Part shown: one piece after another, positions 29,471-40,561 of the stretch
How positions within the stretch are numbered: position 1 is the stretch's first letter
Layout: the number at the start of each line of letters is the position of its first letter
Origin: Gammaproteobacteria bacterium
Lineage (GTDB): Bacteria > Pseudomonadota > Gammaproteobacteria > Eutrophobiales > Eutrophobiaceae
DNA: 64,000 bases
Direction: 5' to 3'
NCBI GenBank assembly: GCA_028281365.1
Contig: JANQJZ010000015.1
Location: 13,879 to 77,878, forward strand
Position numbers and translations under genes: made by a program
The notes under the pieces: generated by a model
The model's database searches: none
Seen by the model: only the letters and a program-made list of their open reading frames with translations
What the model was told of the DNA's origin: nothing

Positions 29471-31060
29471 ATGCAAGTGATTCATAGACCGACAATTCTC
29501 ATTATTCTGGATGGTTGGGGCCATACAGATAATACGGTCTATAACGCCATCTACTCCGCCCACAAACCTACCTGGGACAAAATTTGGTATGAATACCCAC
29601 ATACCCTAATCAGCGCCTCAGGCATCGATGTTGGACTACCCGCCTCACAGATGGGTAATTCCGAGGTTGGCCATATGAATATCGGCTCCGGCAGGATAGT
29701 CGATCAGGAGTTTACCCGTATCACACACGCCATTGAGGACGGCCGTTTCTATAATAATGACATCCTGAATTCCGCCTTCAAGACAGCCGCCGCAAACAAC
29801 AAATCCGTCCATCTTCTGGGCTTGCTTTCACCCGGTGGCGTGCATAGCCACGAAGATCATATATTCGCGTTAATGGAACTTGCCGCTCAAAGTCAGGTTA
29901 AAAATCTTTATCTCCATGCATTTTTAGACGGCCGTGATACACCGCCAAAAAGCGCCGTTGAATCGATCCACAAGGCCCAGTTAAAAATGAAAGAATTAGG
30001 CATTGGACGATTTGTCTCGTTGGTAGGACGTTACTATGCCATGGATCGTAATAAGCATTGGGACAGAACCAAACTGGCCTATGATCTGATTAGTCAGGGT
30101 AAATCTGACTTTTGGTCGGTTGACCCATTTATTGCTGTCGATATGGCTTATGCACGTAATGAGACTGACGAGTTTATTAGTCCTACTGCCATAACCAGAC
30201 CGGGTGAACCCCCTGTCATTGTCGATGATGATGACGTACTTGTGTTTGCGAATTATCGGGCTGATCGGGCGCGCCAATTGGCACGGGCATTTACAAAGCC
30301 TGCATTTAAGGCATTCGAACGTGAACGCAACCCCAAGCTGGCTGCATTTATCAGTCTGACCTCCTATAAAGCCAATTACGAATTTCCCGTTGCTTTCCCA
30401 CCGGTCAGTTTGCGCAATGTCTTTGGAGAATACATCTCAAGCTTTGGCCTGAAACAATTACGAATCGCTGAAACAGAGAAATATGCTCATGTTACATTCT
30501 TCTTCAATGGCGGCGAAGAACGTGTGTTTGAAGGTGAGGATCGTATCCTTGTACCTTCACCACATGTTGCAACTTATAACAAGCAACCCGAGATGAGTGC
30601 CAATGAGATTACCGATCGTTTGATTGAATCAATCAACAGTCGTAAATATGATGCCATTATCTGTAATTTTGCCAATGCAGATATGGTTGGTCATACAGGG
30701 GATTTCAAAGCTACTATTACCGCAATTGAAACAATCGATAAATGCCTGAAGAAGATAATCGATTGTACACAACAAGTCAGCGGTGAAATTATCATAACGG
30801 CAGACCATGGTAATGCCGAACAACTTAAAGCTTATACAACTGAAAAAATTAAATCACAGGCCCATACTGCACATACGAGTAACCTGGTTCCATTAATTTA
30901 CATTGGCAGACCCGCCGAGTTTTTGCCGGGTACGGGTTCTCTTTCTGATATCGCACCATCATTGCTCACTATTATGGGAATTCCCCAGCCTGAAGAAATG
31001 ACAGGCAAATCACTTATACGGTTACTCGAAGAGGAAACTCCGGCGGTTATTGGTAAGTGA
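29471..31060 (+). CDS. gpmI: 2,3-bisphosphoglycerate-independent phosphoglycerate mutase.
   Basis: 529 aa. N-terminal ILIILDGWG...SEVGHMNIGSGR metal-binding motifs. envC lies downstream as in E. coli. Confidence 0.9.
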   Translation: MQVIHRPTILIILDGWGHTDNTVYNAIYSAHKPTWDKIWYEYPHTLISASGIDVGLPASQMGNSEVGHMNIGSGRIVDQEFTRITHAIEDGRFYNNDILNSAFKTAAANNKSVHLLGLLSPGGVHSHEDHIFALMELAAQSQVKNLYLHAFLDGRDTPPKSAVESIHKAQLKMKELGIGRFVSLVGRYYAMDRNKHWDRTKLAYDLISQGKSDFWSVDPFIAVDMAYARNETDEFISPTAITRPGEPPVIVDDDDVLVFANYRADRARQLARAFTKPAFKAFERERNPKLAAFISLTSYKANYEFPVAFPPVSLRNVFGEYISSFGLKQLRIAETEKYAHVTFFFNGGEERVFEGEDRILVPSPHVATYNKQPEMSANEITDRLIESINSRKYDAIICNFANADMVGHTGDFKATITAIETIDKCLKKIIDCTQQVSGEIIITADHGNAEQLKAYTTEKIKSQAHTAHTSNLVPLIYIGRPAEFLPGTGSLSDIAPSLLTIMGIPQPEEMTGKSLIRLLEEETPAVIGK

Positions 31061-31063
31061 GTA

Positions 31064-32206
31064 ATGTTTACAATAACAAAAAAAAATTATTACCTGTTTT
31101 TCCTTGTCATATTCCTTACACCAATTACAACCTTAGCGGACAAAGCCTCCGAACTTGAAAGTTTACGAATTCGTATCAAGGACGTTGAAACAAAAATAAG
31201 AGGCGCACAGGACGAAGCTGAAAGATTAAGAAAAGAGCTGCGTGAAAATGAAATTACTACAGCCGAAACATTAACCCGTTTGCATGACATCGAACTGGCA
31301 ATATCAGAAAAAAATGCTGAGTTAAAAGAACTTTCTTTCGAACAACTCGAGTATGAAAAAGCTATGGAACTGGAAAAAGAAAAATTGATCCACCAAATCC
31401 GTTCTGCTTATCGGATAGGACGTAATGACTATATCAAGCTTATCCTGAACCAGCAGGATCCCGTATTAATGGGTCGCGCATTGGCTTACTACGATTATCA
31501 CAATCGCGCACGTACTGAACGTATAGATAATGTCAAACAAACTTTGGCAAGTTTGTCTGAGATACAGTCTTCTATTCAGTCTGAAACTCTGAAATTGGAA
31601 ACTTTGAAATCTGAACATGAAAATAAGCTCACTGATTTTCACCAATACCGGGCAAGCCGTTACGACATCATTACGCGTTTACAAAACTATATTGCGGAAC
31701 AAGACGTTGAATTACAGACCTTACAGGAAAATGAACGTGAATTAGGAAAATTATTTCAGGGACTGAAGCAGGAGGAAACAGTCGCAATCGAGATGTTTGA
31801 AGACATGCCTCCTTTTAATACATTAAAAGGTCTCCTGGACTGGCCGGTAAATGGAAAATTACTGAAACGATTTGGTAATTCAAAAAAAGGCGGGAACCTT
31901 AAATGGCAAGGGGTACTGATCGATGCCGAGACCGGTACCGATGTTAAAGCTATCGGTACCGGCAAGGTAGTATTTGCCGACTGGTTCCGTAATCTTGGTT
32001 TATTAATTATCATCGATCATGGTGATGAATATATGAGCCTGTATGGTCATAACCAGAATCTGTTAAAAAATACCGGAGATTGGGTTTTGGCCGGAGAAAA
32101 GATTGCAACAGTCGGGGATAGTGGTGGCCAACAGGATACGGCTTTGTATTTCGAAATACGGAAAGGCGCTGAACCATTGAACCCGACATTATGGTGTAGA
32201 AAATAA
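31064..32206 (+). CDS. envC: Murein hydrolase activator EnvC, coiled-coil plus LytM/M23 domain.
   Basis: 380 aa. Signal peptide, long coiled coil, C-terminal M23 domain (GVLIDAETGTDVKAIGTGKVVFADW...LYFEIR). Confidence 0.8.
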   Translation: MFTITKKNYYLFFLVIFLTPITTLADKASELESLRIRIKDVETKIRGAQDEAERLRKELRENEITTAETLTRLHDIELAISEKNAELKELSFEQLEYEKAMELEKEKLIHQIRSAYRIGRNDYIKLILNQQDPVLMGRALAYYDYHNRARTERIDNVKQTLASLSEIQSSIQSETLKLETLKSEHENKLTDFHQYRASRYDIITRLQNYIAEQDVELQTLQENERELGKLFQGLKQEETVAIEMFEDMPPFNTLKGLLDWPVNGKLLKRFGNSKKGGNLKWQGVLIDAETGTDVKAIGTGKVVFADWFRNLGLLIIIDHGDEYMSLYGHNQNLLKNTGDWVLAGEKIATVGDSGGQQDTALYFEIRKGAEPLNPTLWCRK

Positions 32207-32370
32207 GCACTACGAGCAAATAAATTATTTTAGAATCTACACTATAATGGTTAAATGAGTTGTCATGAACATGATGACACGAGTATGCTTAAATATTGGA
32301 CATTAATCTGAACCTGATAGTAAATAATCAGTCAAGTAATAGGTGTCTGCCTGTCGTAATGGAGTAAATA

Positions 32371-33699
32371 ATGGTTTTCTTAAAAAATAGTCTGCATTCC
32401 CTGTTATTTTTATTAGCGTTAGTTTCCAATGCTATTGCTAACACTGAACCGAGTGATGATATAGATGCTCTGCCTTTGGATGAGCTGCGTACTTTTACCG
32501 AAGTTTTTGCAAAGATAAAGAATGATTACGTAGAAAGCGTTGATGATCGAAAACTATTAGAAAATGCGATAAGAGGAATGCTGGAGGGATTGGATCCGCA
32601 TTCGACATATCTGGACAAAGACTCTTATAAAGAATTACAGGAAGGTACTACCGGAGAATTTGGTGGCTTAGGCATTGAAGTGGGGATGGAAGATGGCTTT
32701 GTCAAGGTAATCTCTCCAATAGACGATACTCCGGCCCAACGTGCTGGTATTAAAGCAGGTGACCTGATTATTCGACTGGATGATAAAGCAGTTAAAGGCA
32801 TGATGCTTAATGAAGCAGTTAAATTAATGCGCGGCAAACCAGGCAGTGACATTACCCTGACAGTAGTCAGAGAAGGGGAAGAAAAACCGCTTAGCATTAC
32901 CATTACAAGAGATATTATTACTGTTAAGAGTGTTCGTGGCGAAACACTCGAACCGGGATTTGCCTATATACGTGTCTCAAACTTTCAATCACACACCGCT
33001 GAAGATTTACGAAAATCCTTGGAAGAACTAAAAAAAGAAAATGACAATGACATACGTGGACTAATTCTTGATTTAAGAAACAATCCTGGTGGAATCCTGA
33101 ATGCTGCCGTTAGCGTTTCTGATCTATTTTTAGATAATGGGCTAATAGTATATACCGAAGGCCGCATTAAAGATTCGAAATTAAAGTTCAAGGCAAAACC
33201 TTCTGATATTTTGAAAAATGCACCAATCATTGTTCTTGTTAACGGTGGGTCTGCATCTGCATCCGAGATCGTTGCTGGTGCCTTACAGGATCATGAGCGA
33301 GCTATTATCATGGGAGAACAGACTTTTGGTAAGGGTTCGGTTCAAACTATCTTACCCATGAATGATGAAGCTGCACTTAAATTAACTACCGCACGTTATT
33401 TCACGCCTTCCGGCCGTTCAATTCAGGCAGAAGGTATCAAGCCAGATATCATCATTGAAAATATTCGCGTTGACAGTATTACTGATACTACAACCGGACA
33501 AATAAAAGAAGCCGATTTGAGTGGCCATCTGGATAATGGTGATCAGGAAAAAACTGAAATAGAGGAAACTTCAGACAAAAATGATAAGAAAGTAGATAAA
33601 GATAAAAAGGAACCTTCTCTTGCAGAAACGGACTATCAACTCTATGAAGCATTGAATGTATTGAAGGGTCTGGCAATTCATTTAAAGAAAATTGGATAA
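32371..33699 (+). CDS. ctpA: Carboxy-terminal processing protease, S41 family.
   Basis: 442 aa. Signal peptide, PDZ domain (GIEVGMEDGFVKVISPIDDTPAQRAGIKAGDLI), catalytic VLVNGGSASASEI and TFGKGSVQT motifs. Confidence 0.85.
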   Translation: MVFLKNSLHSLLFLLALVSNAIANTEPSDDIDALPLDELRTFTEVFAKIKNDYVESVDDRKLLENAIRGMLEGLDPHSTYLDKDSYKELQEGTTGEFGGLGIEVGMEDGFVKVISPIDDTPAQRAGIKAGDLIIRLDDKAVKGMMLNEAVKLMRGKPGSDITLTVVREGEEKPLSITITRDIITVKSVRGETLEPGFAYIRVSNFQSHTAEDLRKSLEELKKENDNDIRGLILDLRNNPGGILNAAVSVSDLFLDNGLIVYTEGRIKDSKLKFKAKPSDILKNAPIIVLVNGGSASASEIVAGALQDHERAIIMGEQTFGKGSVQTILPMNDEAALKLTTARYFTPSGRSIQAEGIKPDIIIENIRVDSITDTTTGQIKEADLSGHLDNGDQEKTEIEETSDKNDKKVDKDKKEPSLAETDYQLYEALNVLKGLAIHLKKIG

Positions 33700-33705
33700 C
33701 TGTTA

Positions 33706-34521
33706 GTGCATAGGGACATACTGTATTTAAAAGGTAAATATTTTCTTTTTATTCTCGTTTATTTATTTCTAATACCTGTTCAAACATCTGCTGAACAGAG
33801 TTTAAAACCAACCATCTCCATTATTATCGATGACCTGGGATATACACTGGAAGAAGACCTGCGTGCACTATCACTGCCGGGGCCGGTTGCCTATGCAATA
33901 CTGCCTCACGCCCCGCACACAAAAAGAATCTCGTTAATCGCAACCCAAAGAGGCAAAGATATTTTATTACATCAACCTATGCAAGCAATGGAAAAAAACC
34001 AGTACCTTGGCCCAGGTGCATTAACATTAAATATGACACGCGAGGAATTTCTAAAAACGTTGAATATTAATATGAGTAATGTACCCAATCTGATTGGTAT
34101 TAATAATCATATGGGCAGTCTGTTAACCCGTCATCCCGGCCACATGCAATGGCTCATGGATACTATCAAATCCAGTGGACAATTTTATGTTGATAGTTTA
34201 ACCAGTAACTACAGTGTCGCTGCTAAAATTGCTAAAAAAAATAATATTCCTTACTTAACACGCGATGTATTCCTGGATAACAGGCAAAACCCTGAATACA
34301 TACTTAATCAGTTTAAGGAGCTGGTCAAAGTTGCAAAACGGAAGGGATCTGCGTTGGGCATTGGTCACCCCCATCCTTCTACTGTTGAAGTCTTATCACA
34401 GGTTTTACACAACGTAGATAAATATGGTGTACAGTTAATAGGTTTAAAATCACTAATAATCAAACAAAAAAACAGAAAACAATATGCACAAGGTCCTCGT
34501 TCCTCTGGCACAGGGTTGTGA
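33706..34521 (+). CDS. yibQ: Divergent polysaccharide deacetylase family protein, YibQ-like.
   Basis: 271 aa. Signal peptide. YibQ-family core (SIIIDDLGY...INNHMGS). The gpmI-envC...yibQ synteny matches E. coli. Confidence 0.75.
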   Translation: MHRDILYLKGKYFLFILVYLFLIPVQTSAEQSLKPTISIIIDDLGYTLEEDLRALSLPGPVAYAILPHAPHTKRISLIATQRGKDILLHQPMQAMEKNQYLGPGALTLNMTREEFLKTLNINMSNVPNLIGINNHMGSLLTRHPGHMQWLMDTIKSSGQFYVDSLTSNYSVAAKIAKKNNIPYLTRDVFLDNRQNPEYILNQFKELVKVAKRKGSALGIGHPHPSTVEVLSQVLHNVDKYGVQLIGLKSLIIKQKNRKQYAQGPRSSGTGL

Positions 34522-35026
34522 AGAACTCGAAGCTGTAACGATTATTGATTTATTGCGTCGTGCAGAGATCGAGGTTGTCACAGCCGGCCTCGATAACAGT
34601 CCTGTTACAGCCAGTCGGGGTACAGTAATCAAGCCGGATACCGATCTGGATACTGCACTAACAGAAGACTACGATATGGTCGTTCTACCTGGCGGTTTGC
34701 CTGGTGCAGACCATCTTGATAATGATCAACGAATTAAAGATATATTAGTCAAAATGGCCAATAGTGAAAAATTTACTGCGGCAATCTGTGCTGCACCCAA
34801 GGTTTTGGCTAATGCCGGAATTCTTGATGGTAAAAAAGCTACCAGCTACCCTAGTTTTCTTGACGATGCAGAAAATGTTGACGTCTCCGGTGATGCAGTG
34901 GTCAAAGATGGAAAAATCATTACATCTCGTGGCCCAGGCACGGCAATGGATTTTGCGTTAACATTAATTGAAACTCTGGTTGGAAAAGAAAAAAGAGATG
35001 AGGTAGAAAAAGGATTAGTTAGATAA
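34484..35026 (+). CDS. DJ-1/PfpI family protein, YajL/ThiJ-like.
   Basis: 180 aa. KVLVPLAQGCEELEAVTIIDLLRRA and nucleophile-elbow AAICAAP motifs. Its start overlaps yibQ by 38 nt. Confidence 0.75.
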   Translation: MHKVLVPLAQGCEELEAVTIIDLLRRAEIEVVTAGLDNSPVTASRGTVIKPDTDLDTALTEDYDMVVLPGGLPGADHLDNDQRIKDILVKMANSEKFTAAICAAPKVLANAGILDGKKATSYPSFLDDAENVDVSGDAVVKDGKIITSRGPGTAMDFALTLIETLVGKEKRDEVEKGLVR

Positions 35027-35050
35027 TCTTTAATTTATTAAAACTTGGTT

Positions 35051-36709
35051 TTACTTCTCTTGCCAGGAAAGATACAACAACATCATCCCTGCAAACCCTA
35101 ACAACCACGAAACAATAGGTACAGAGGCTAAAGTACCATGAGTTGTATTATCCAGTGCATAGATTATAGATGATGATAACAGAAAACCGGATCCGACAAC
35201 TGCTAAAACGGTTCGTCTATTGTAAGTCTTCATCTCATTACGTAATTGATGTATTTCTTTTGACTTGTTTTCCATTTCTATTTTTCCCTCATGTAATCGA
35301 TCCACGACATCGATAACACGGTTTGGCAGATCCGGTAAACGATCAACCAATTTTGGAATATTAATCCTTGCACCTTTAATCAATCCTTTTGCTCCTATTC
35401 GTTCTTCCATCCATCGTTCGCATTGAGGTCGTGCAGCTTTCCATAAATCCAGTTCCGGGTATAGTTGTCTGCCAATACCTTCGATATTGATGATCGTTTT
35501 TTGTAACATCACCAGTTGCGGCATGATCTCGACATTAAAACTGCGCGCTATTTGAAACAGTCGTTGCAACAATTCACCAAATGAAATCTCGCGCATCGGC
35601 CTATCAAGCAATGGCTCACAAACCGTACGTATTGCAGATTCAAATTCATCTAAACGAGTTCCTTTAGGTACCCACTCAGACTCTATATGCAGGGCTGCAA
35701 CCCGATGATAATCCCGATTTAAAAATGCCATAAAATTATCAGCCAGATAGCGTTGATCAAACTCGGTAAGTGAACACATAATGCCAAAGTCGATTACTTT
35801 AACTGTTGCCGGTTTACCTGCCTCTGCCGGTACAACAAAAATATTGCCGGGATGCATATCTGCATGGAAAAAATTATCTCTAAAGACCTGAGTAAAAAAG
35901 ACCTCTACGCCGTATTCAGCCAACCATCTTAAATCAATACCCGCCGTTTTAAGTGCATCAATGTCCCGGACTGAAATGCCGGTAACCCGTTCCATAGCAA
36001 GCACATTTCGACGCGTCAGCTCCCAATTTATTTCGGGAACAAAATACTGCTCTTCATTAATGAAGTTTCTTCTTAATTGAGATGCATTGGCAGCTTCCCT
36101 TTGCAGATCAAGTTCATTCAATAACGTTTTTTCAAACTCATCTACGACACCTGTAAACCGTAGTGCCTTGCCTTTTGGATAATATTTCTCTGCCTTTTCA
36201 GCCAACAAATGCAATAACCCTAAATCTTTACGAATCAACTGTTCGATATCCGGGCGAATAACCTTGATTATAAATTCCCGTCCATCTTTCAATACCGCAC
36301 GGTGTACCTGGGCACCAGATGCCGAGGCCAGTGGTGTTTCATCAAATTCCAGAAATACCTCATCAAGATTACGTTCGTAAGCATCCTCAATAATCTTACG
36401 TGCAATCTTGCCGGAAAAAGGAGTGACATCGTCCTGTAATTTCGCAAACTCATTCGCGATATCTTCCGGCATCAGGTCACGTCGTGTTGAAAGGATTTGT
36501 CCCAGCTTTACATAAATAGGACCTAATTCTTCCAGCATTAAACGCATACGCCTCGCCCTGGGTTCTTTTGTCCGCCCAAACCAGTTCCACGGCAAGATAA
36601 AAAAGACAAAACGAAATGGACGAAATAGATGCGTTGCAAAGATAAATTCATCCAATCCATATTTTATGAAAGCTCGCTGGATAGCTAATAATCGAAGGAT
36701 TTGACCCAT
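35051..36709 (-). CDS. ubiB: Ubiquinone biosynthesis regulatory protein kinase-like UbiB.
   Basis: 552 aa. ABC1/UbiB kinase-like domain (ASASGAQVHRAVLKDGREFIIKV...HADMHPGNIFV) with two C-terminal TM segments. ubiE-ubiJ-ubiB order. Confidence 0.9.
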   Translation of the reverse strand: MGQILRLLAIQRAFIKYGLDEFIFATHLFRPFRFVFFILPWNWFGRTKEPRARRMRLMLEELGPIYVKLGQILSTRRDLMPEDIANEFAKLQDDVTPFSGKIARKIIEDAYERNLDEVFLEFDETPLASASGAQVHRAVLKDGREFIIKVIRPDIEQLIRKDLGLLHLLAEKAEKYYPKGKALRFTGVVDEFEKTLLNELDLQREAANASQLRRNFINEEQYFVPEINWELTRRNVLAMERVTGISVRDIDALKTAGIDLRWLAEYGVEVFFTQVFRDNFFHADMHPGNIFVVPAEAGKPATVKVIDFGIMCSLTEFDQRYLADNFMAFLNRDYHRVAALHIESEWVPKGTRLDEFESAIRTVCEPLLDRPMREISFGELLQRLFQIARSFNVEIMPQLVMLQKTIINIEGIGRQLYPELDLWKAARPQCERWMEERIGAKGLIKGARINIPKLVDRLPDLPNRVIDVVDRLHEGKIEMENKSKEIHQLRNEMKTYNRRTVLAVVGSGFLLSSSIIYALDNTTHGTLASVPIVSWLLGFAGMMLLYLSWQEK

Positions 36710-36716
36710 ATGTAAC

Positions 36717-37358
36717 TTACTCTGCCATTCTATTTTTTATTTGTGACTCAATTTTATTCAGATGTTGGGTGAAACGATCAACATCTTCACGTAATTGTTC
36801 AACATCGTTGCAAAATTCCTCAACCAACAGGTCATCGGGTAACATTTCTATTTCAAAACGTAAATATTCACTCATATCCATCGTTAAAGTTTTTCCAGTA
36901 TTGAAAATATATCGAGTTGAACCTCTAACTATTCTGCCTAGTTGATAAGCAGTTGTATCTCCAACCCATCTGGATAACGGCTCTTCAAGATCAATCTCCA
37001 TTGACTGCATTATCTGCTGGAATTTTTGTGCCAAACTAACATCTCCAATAATCTGCATATCTGAAGGTAGTTCGGTCGAATTTTTACCCGAAGCAGCAAT
37101 CATCATTATAAAATTTGAAGGCGTGCCTTTGATTAAGACATCAGGTTTTTCCTGATGATTTGTTTCTAATACTAATCCCTGCTCTGTTGGGAACATAAAC
37201 AGGATTAATTTGGTATTTAAAAATTCAAATGCGATGATTTTATCTTTTAAATGTCCTAATGAAATCAAGGTTTCCTCATCTAATTGCAAGGTCCTATTAA
37301 TTAGTTTCTCTAATTGTTTAACCCAGGTCGGATGTTTTTCTTTTTTGATCGTATTCAT
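36717..37358 (-). CDS. ubiJ: Ubiquinone biosynthesis accessory factor UbiJ, SCP2 domain.
   Basis: 213 aa. Its position between ubiE and ubiB is identical to E. coli yigP/ubiJ. Confidence 0.7.
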   Translation of the reverse strand: MNTIKKEKHPTWVKQLEKLINRTLQLDEETLISLGHLKDKIIAFEFLNTKLILFMFPTEQGLVLETNHQEKPDVLIKGTPSNFIMMIAASGKNSTELPSDMQIIGDVSLAQKFQQIMQSMEIDLEEPLSRWVGDTTAYQLGRIVRGSTRYIFNTGKTLTMDMSEYLRFEIEMLPDDLLVEEFCNDVEQLREDVDRFTQHLNKIESQIKNRMAE

Positions 37359-38116
37359 AATTTAAAGCCACGATGAATGGCGACAATTCCACCAGAAAGA
37401 TTATGGTAATCAATTTTTTCAAAACCCGCTTCTTTCATCATCAATGATAAGGCTTTCTGATCAGGAAACATTCGGATTGACTCGACTAAATACTGATAAC
37501 TTGCTTCATCCTTTGCAACCAGTTTTCCAAACTTTGGAATCATCCTGAAAGAATATTGATCATAGATTTTGTCCAGTATTGGTAAAACAACTTTTGAAAA
37601 TTCGAGGATTAATAACTGTGAACCATATTTGAGTTTACTATACATTGAACGTAACGCAGTTTCCTTATCCGTCACATTGCGTAAGCCGAAAGCTATCGTA
37701 ATACAATCAAAACTTTGATCATTGAAAGGCAACGCTTCCGCATTTGCCTGCACATAATTAATTCCTGTAATAATTCCTTTATTAATAAAACTATCTTGTC
37801 CCTGTTTTAACATTTTCTGATTGACGTCACATAAGGTTACCTGGCCTTCATCACCCAGTTTTTGATGAATGAGTCTGGCCATATCGCCTGTTCCACTGGC
37901 CACATCGAGCACATGATAATTTTCTCTAATGGCACATAAGTTAATAGCATGGCGTTTCCATAAACGATGTATACCAAATGACATTATGTCATTCATCAAA
38001 TCATATTCAGTTGCGACTGAACTGAATACGTCTGTTACACGATGTGTCTTTTCACTTTTCGTGACTTTTTCAAAACCAAAATCTGTCGTCTGTTCAATCA
38101 TTGTTTTTACGAACAT
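37355..38116 (-). CDS. ubiE: Ubiquinone/menaquinone C-methyltransferase UbiE.
   Basis: 253 aa. SAM motif VLDVASGTGDMA. N-terminal UbiE-specific region. Confidence 0.9.
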   Translation of the reverse strand: MFVKTMIEQTTDFGFEKVTKSEKTHRVTDVFSSVATEYDLMNDIMSFGIHRLWKRHAINLCAIRENYHVLDVASGTGDMARLIHQKLGDEGQVTLCDVNQKMLKQGQDSFINKGIITGINYVQANAEALPFNDQSFDCITIAFGLRNVTDKETALRSMYSKLKYGSQLLILEFSKVVLPILDKIYDQYSFRMIPKFGKLVAKDEASYQYLVESIRMFPDQKALSLMMKEAGFEKIDYHNLSGGIVAIHRGFKL

Positions 38117-38465
38117 GTCCTGCCTGTTTTAAGGCTTCAAGATAATCTGCCCAGTTTACTTCTTGTGCCTGACCTAATTCATATAAATATTCCCAGGTAT
38201 ATAAACCCGTGTTATGACCATCATCAAATATTAATTTAATGGCGTAGTTTCCAACAGGTTCTATTTCATTGATATTTACACTCTCCTTACCGATCTGTAA
38301 AACTTCCTGACCAGGACCATGTCCTTTTACGTCTGCCGATGGGGAAAAGACACGTAAATATTCACATGTTAGATTGAAATGCGCACCATCATTATATTCA
38401 ATCTCCAGTAAACGGGATTTTTGGTGCAAGTTAATTGCAGTTGGATAAGGTTTAGCGTCAGGCAT
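38094..38465 (-). CDS. DUF971 protein, gamma-butyrobetaine-hydroxylase-like N-terminal domain.
   Basis: 123 aa. Small soluble protein directly upstream of ubiE with a 23-nt overlap, as in many gammaproteobacteria. Confidence 0.55.
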   Translation of the reverse strand: MPDAKPYPTAINLHQKSRLLEIEYNDGAHFNLTCEYLRVFSPSADVKGHGPGQEVLQIGKESVNINEIEPVGNYAIKLIFDDGHNTGLYTWEYLYELGQAQEVNWADYLEALKQAGHVRKNND

Positions 38466-38593
38466 ATTACCGATTAGTTTTTTTTACTATTCTACGCTTG
38501 AGTGATTAAGATTTATAGGACGAATAGTTAGATATATAAATATTAATAATTCTTTTTATATCTACATGAAACAAAACAAAATGATTTCGATAT

Positions 38594-39922
38594 CTACAGA
38601 ATATAACGGCTTAAATCCTCGTCTCCGACCAATTCATTTAGATGATCATTAACATAAGCAGCATCTATTGAGATAGACTCGCCTTCTTTTTCAGACGCTT
38701 CAAACGAAAGGGTTTCAAGTAATCTTTCCATGACAGTATGGAGCCGTCGTGCACCAATATTTTCGGTTGCTTCATTAACTTGCCAGGCTATTTCTGCAAT
38801 GCGCTGTATACCATCTTCAGTAAAATTAATCTCAACACCTTCTGTTGCCATCAACACTGTATATTGTTCTGTTAAAGAGGCATCGGGTTCGGTAAGTATT
38901 CGTATAAAATCATCTGTTACCAGGGCACTTAATTCCACGCGTATCGGTAACCGCCCCTGTAGCTCCGGAATAAGATCAGAAGGTTTTGCCAGATGAAACG
39001 CCCCCGAAGCAATAAAAAGAATATGGTCCGTCTTTACCATCCCATACCTGGTTGAAACAGTACTACCTTCGACAAGTGGTAACAAATCACGTTGTACACC
39101 TTCGCGGGAAACATCCGGTCCACTGGTCTCTGAACGTCGTGTGACTTTATCCAGTTCATCCAGAAAAACAATACCGTGTTGCTCTACCCTTTCAATTGCC
39201 TTTGCCTTTATATCATCTTCGTTAACCAGTTTCGCAGCTTCTTCTTCAGCCAATAACTTTAGCGCATTTTTTACTTTTAATTTACGTGATTGTTTTCTAC
39301 CTGACCCCATATTCTGAAACATACCCTGTAGCTGACTGGTCATTTCTTCCATCCCGGGAGGAGCCATAATCTCGACACCAATACTGGGGGCATTTAATTC
39401 TACTTCGATCTCTTTATCATCAAACTTGCCTTCAACGATCATTTGTTTAAATTTTTCGCGTGTAGAGTTAACGCCTGATTCATGATCATCTTCACCCATC
39501 ATTCTTGCAGGCGGTAATAAGATATCCAGTACGCGTTCCAATGCCGACCTTTCTGCGTCATCCCGTACTTTGTCCATTTCGATCTCACGGGTCTGCTTTA
39601 TCGCAACATCGGCTAAATCCCGAACTATCGATTCAACATCGCGTCCAACATAGCCTACCTCGGTAAATTTGGTTGCCTCGATTTTTATAAACGGGGCCTG
39701 GGCCAGCTTGGCAAGCCGCCTTGCTATTTCGGTTTTACCAACACCGGTTGGGCCAATCATTAATATATTTTTCGGGGTAATCTCATTACGGATCGATTCA
39801 TCAACCTGGGCACGACGCCAGCGATTACGCAACGCGATCGCAACAGCCCGTTTAGCTGAATCTTGTCCTACGATATGTTTGTTTAATTCGGCAACAATAG
39901 CCTGTGGTGTTAAATCTGACAT
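38594..39922 (-). CDS. hslU: ATP-dependent protease ATPase subunit HslU.
   Basis: 442 aa. [22 protein letters not shown]...[42 protein letters not shown] is near-identical to the E. coli HslU N-terminus. Confidence 0.95.
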   Translation of the reverse strand: MSDLTPQAIVAELNKHIVGQDSAKRAVAIALRNRWRRAQVDESIRNEITPKNILMIGPTGVGKTEIARRLAKLAQAPFIKIEATKFTEVGYVGRDVESIVRDLADVAIKQTREIEMDKVRDDAERSALERVLDILLPPARMMGEDDHESGVNSTREKFKQMIVEGKFDDKEIEVELNAPSIGVEIMAPPGMEEMTSQLQGMFQNMGSGRKQSRKLKVKNALKLLAEEEAAKLVNEDDIKAKAIERVEQHGIVFLDELDKVTRRSETSGPDVSREGVQRDLLPLVEGSTVSTRYGMVKTDHILFIASGAFHLAKPSDLIPELQGRLPIRVELSALVTDDFIRILTEPDASLTEQYTVLMATEGVEINFTEDGIQRIAEIAWQVNEATENIGARRLHTVMERLLETLSFEASEKEGESISIDAAYVNDHLNELVGDEDLSRYIL

Positions 39923-39952
39923 GAAATTCCATTAAATTTTTTAATTAGTATT

Positions 39953-40486
39953 CTATAACTCTTCAATTGTCAGAGAGGTATTTGTATAAATACAAATATC
40001 GGCAGCAATGCCCAAAGCCTTCTCAACAATTTCACGTGCACCTAAATCTGTATTCTCCAGCAATGCCAGCGCAGCAGATTTAGCAAAATGACCACCTGAA
40101 CCTATAGCCATAATATTATCTTCCGGTTCGATAACATCGCCGTTTCCGGAAATAATTAATGACGTCGATTTATCAGCCACACAAAGCATGGCCTCTAATC
40201 GTCTGAGCATTCGATCTGTACGCCAATCTTTGGCTAATTCGACAGCCGAACGCATCAAATTACCCTGATGTTTTTGTAACTTGGCTTCAAACCGTTCAAA
40301 TAATGTAAAAGCATCGGCAGTACCACCTGCAAAACCAGCCAGAATTTCATCATTAAATAAACGGCGCACCTTGCGTGCATTACCCTTCATTACCGTATCG
40401 CCCAGCGAAACCTGGCCATCACCACCAATGACTACATTATCATCGCGTCTGACAGACAGTATTGTTGTGCCACTAAATTGTTCCAA
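39953..40486 (-). CDS. hslV: ATP-dependent protease peptidase subunit HslV.
   Basis: 177 aa. N-terminal Thr nucleophile context [23 protein letters not shown]. Confidence 0.95.
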   Translation of the reverse strand: MEQFSGTTILSVRRDDNVVIGGDGQVSLGDTVMKGNARKVRRLFNDEILAGFAGGTADAFTLFERFEAKLQKHQGNLMRSAVELAKDWRTDRMLRRLEAMLCVADKSTSLIISGNGDVIEPEDNIMAIGSGGHFAKSAALALLENTDLGAREIVEKALGIAADICIYTNTSLTIEEL

Positions 40487-40561
40487 TATTTCTCTCCAAA
40501 CCGGGAAGCGGGATTGTACCTGAGCCTACATATAGACTTAAGTAATTTACCCGCAACTATC

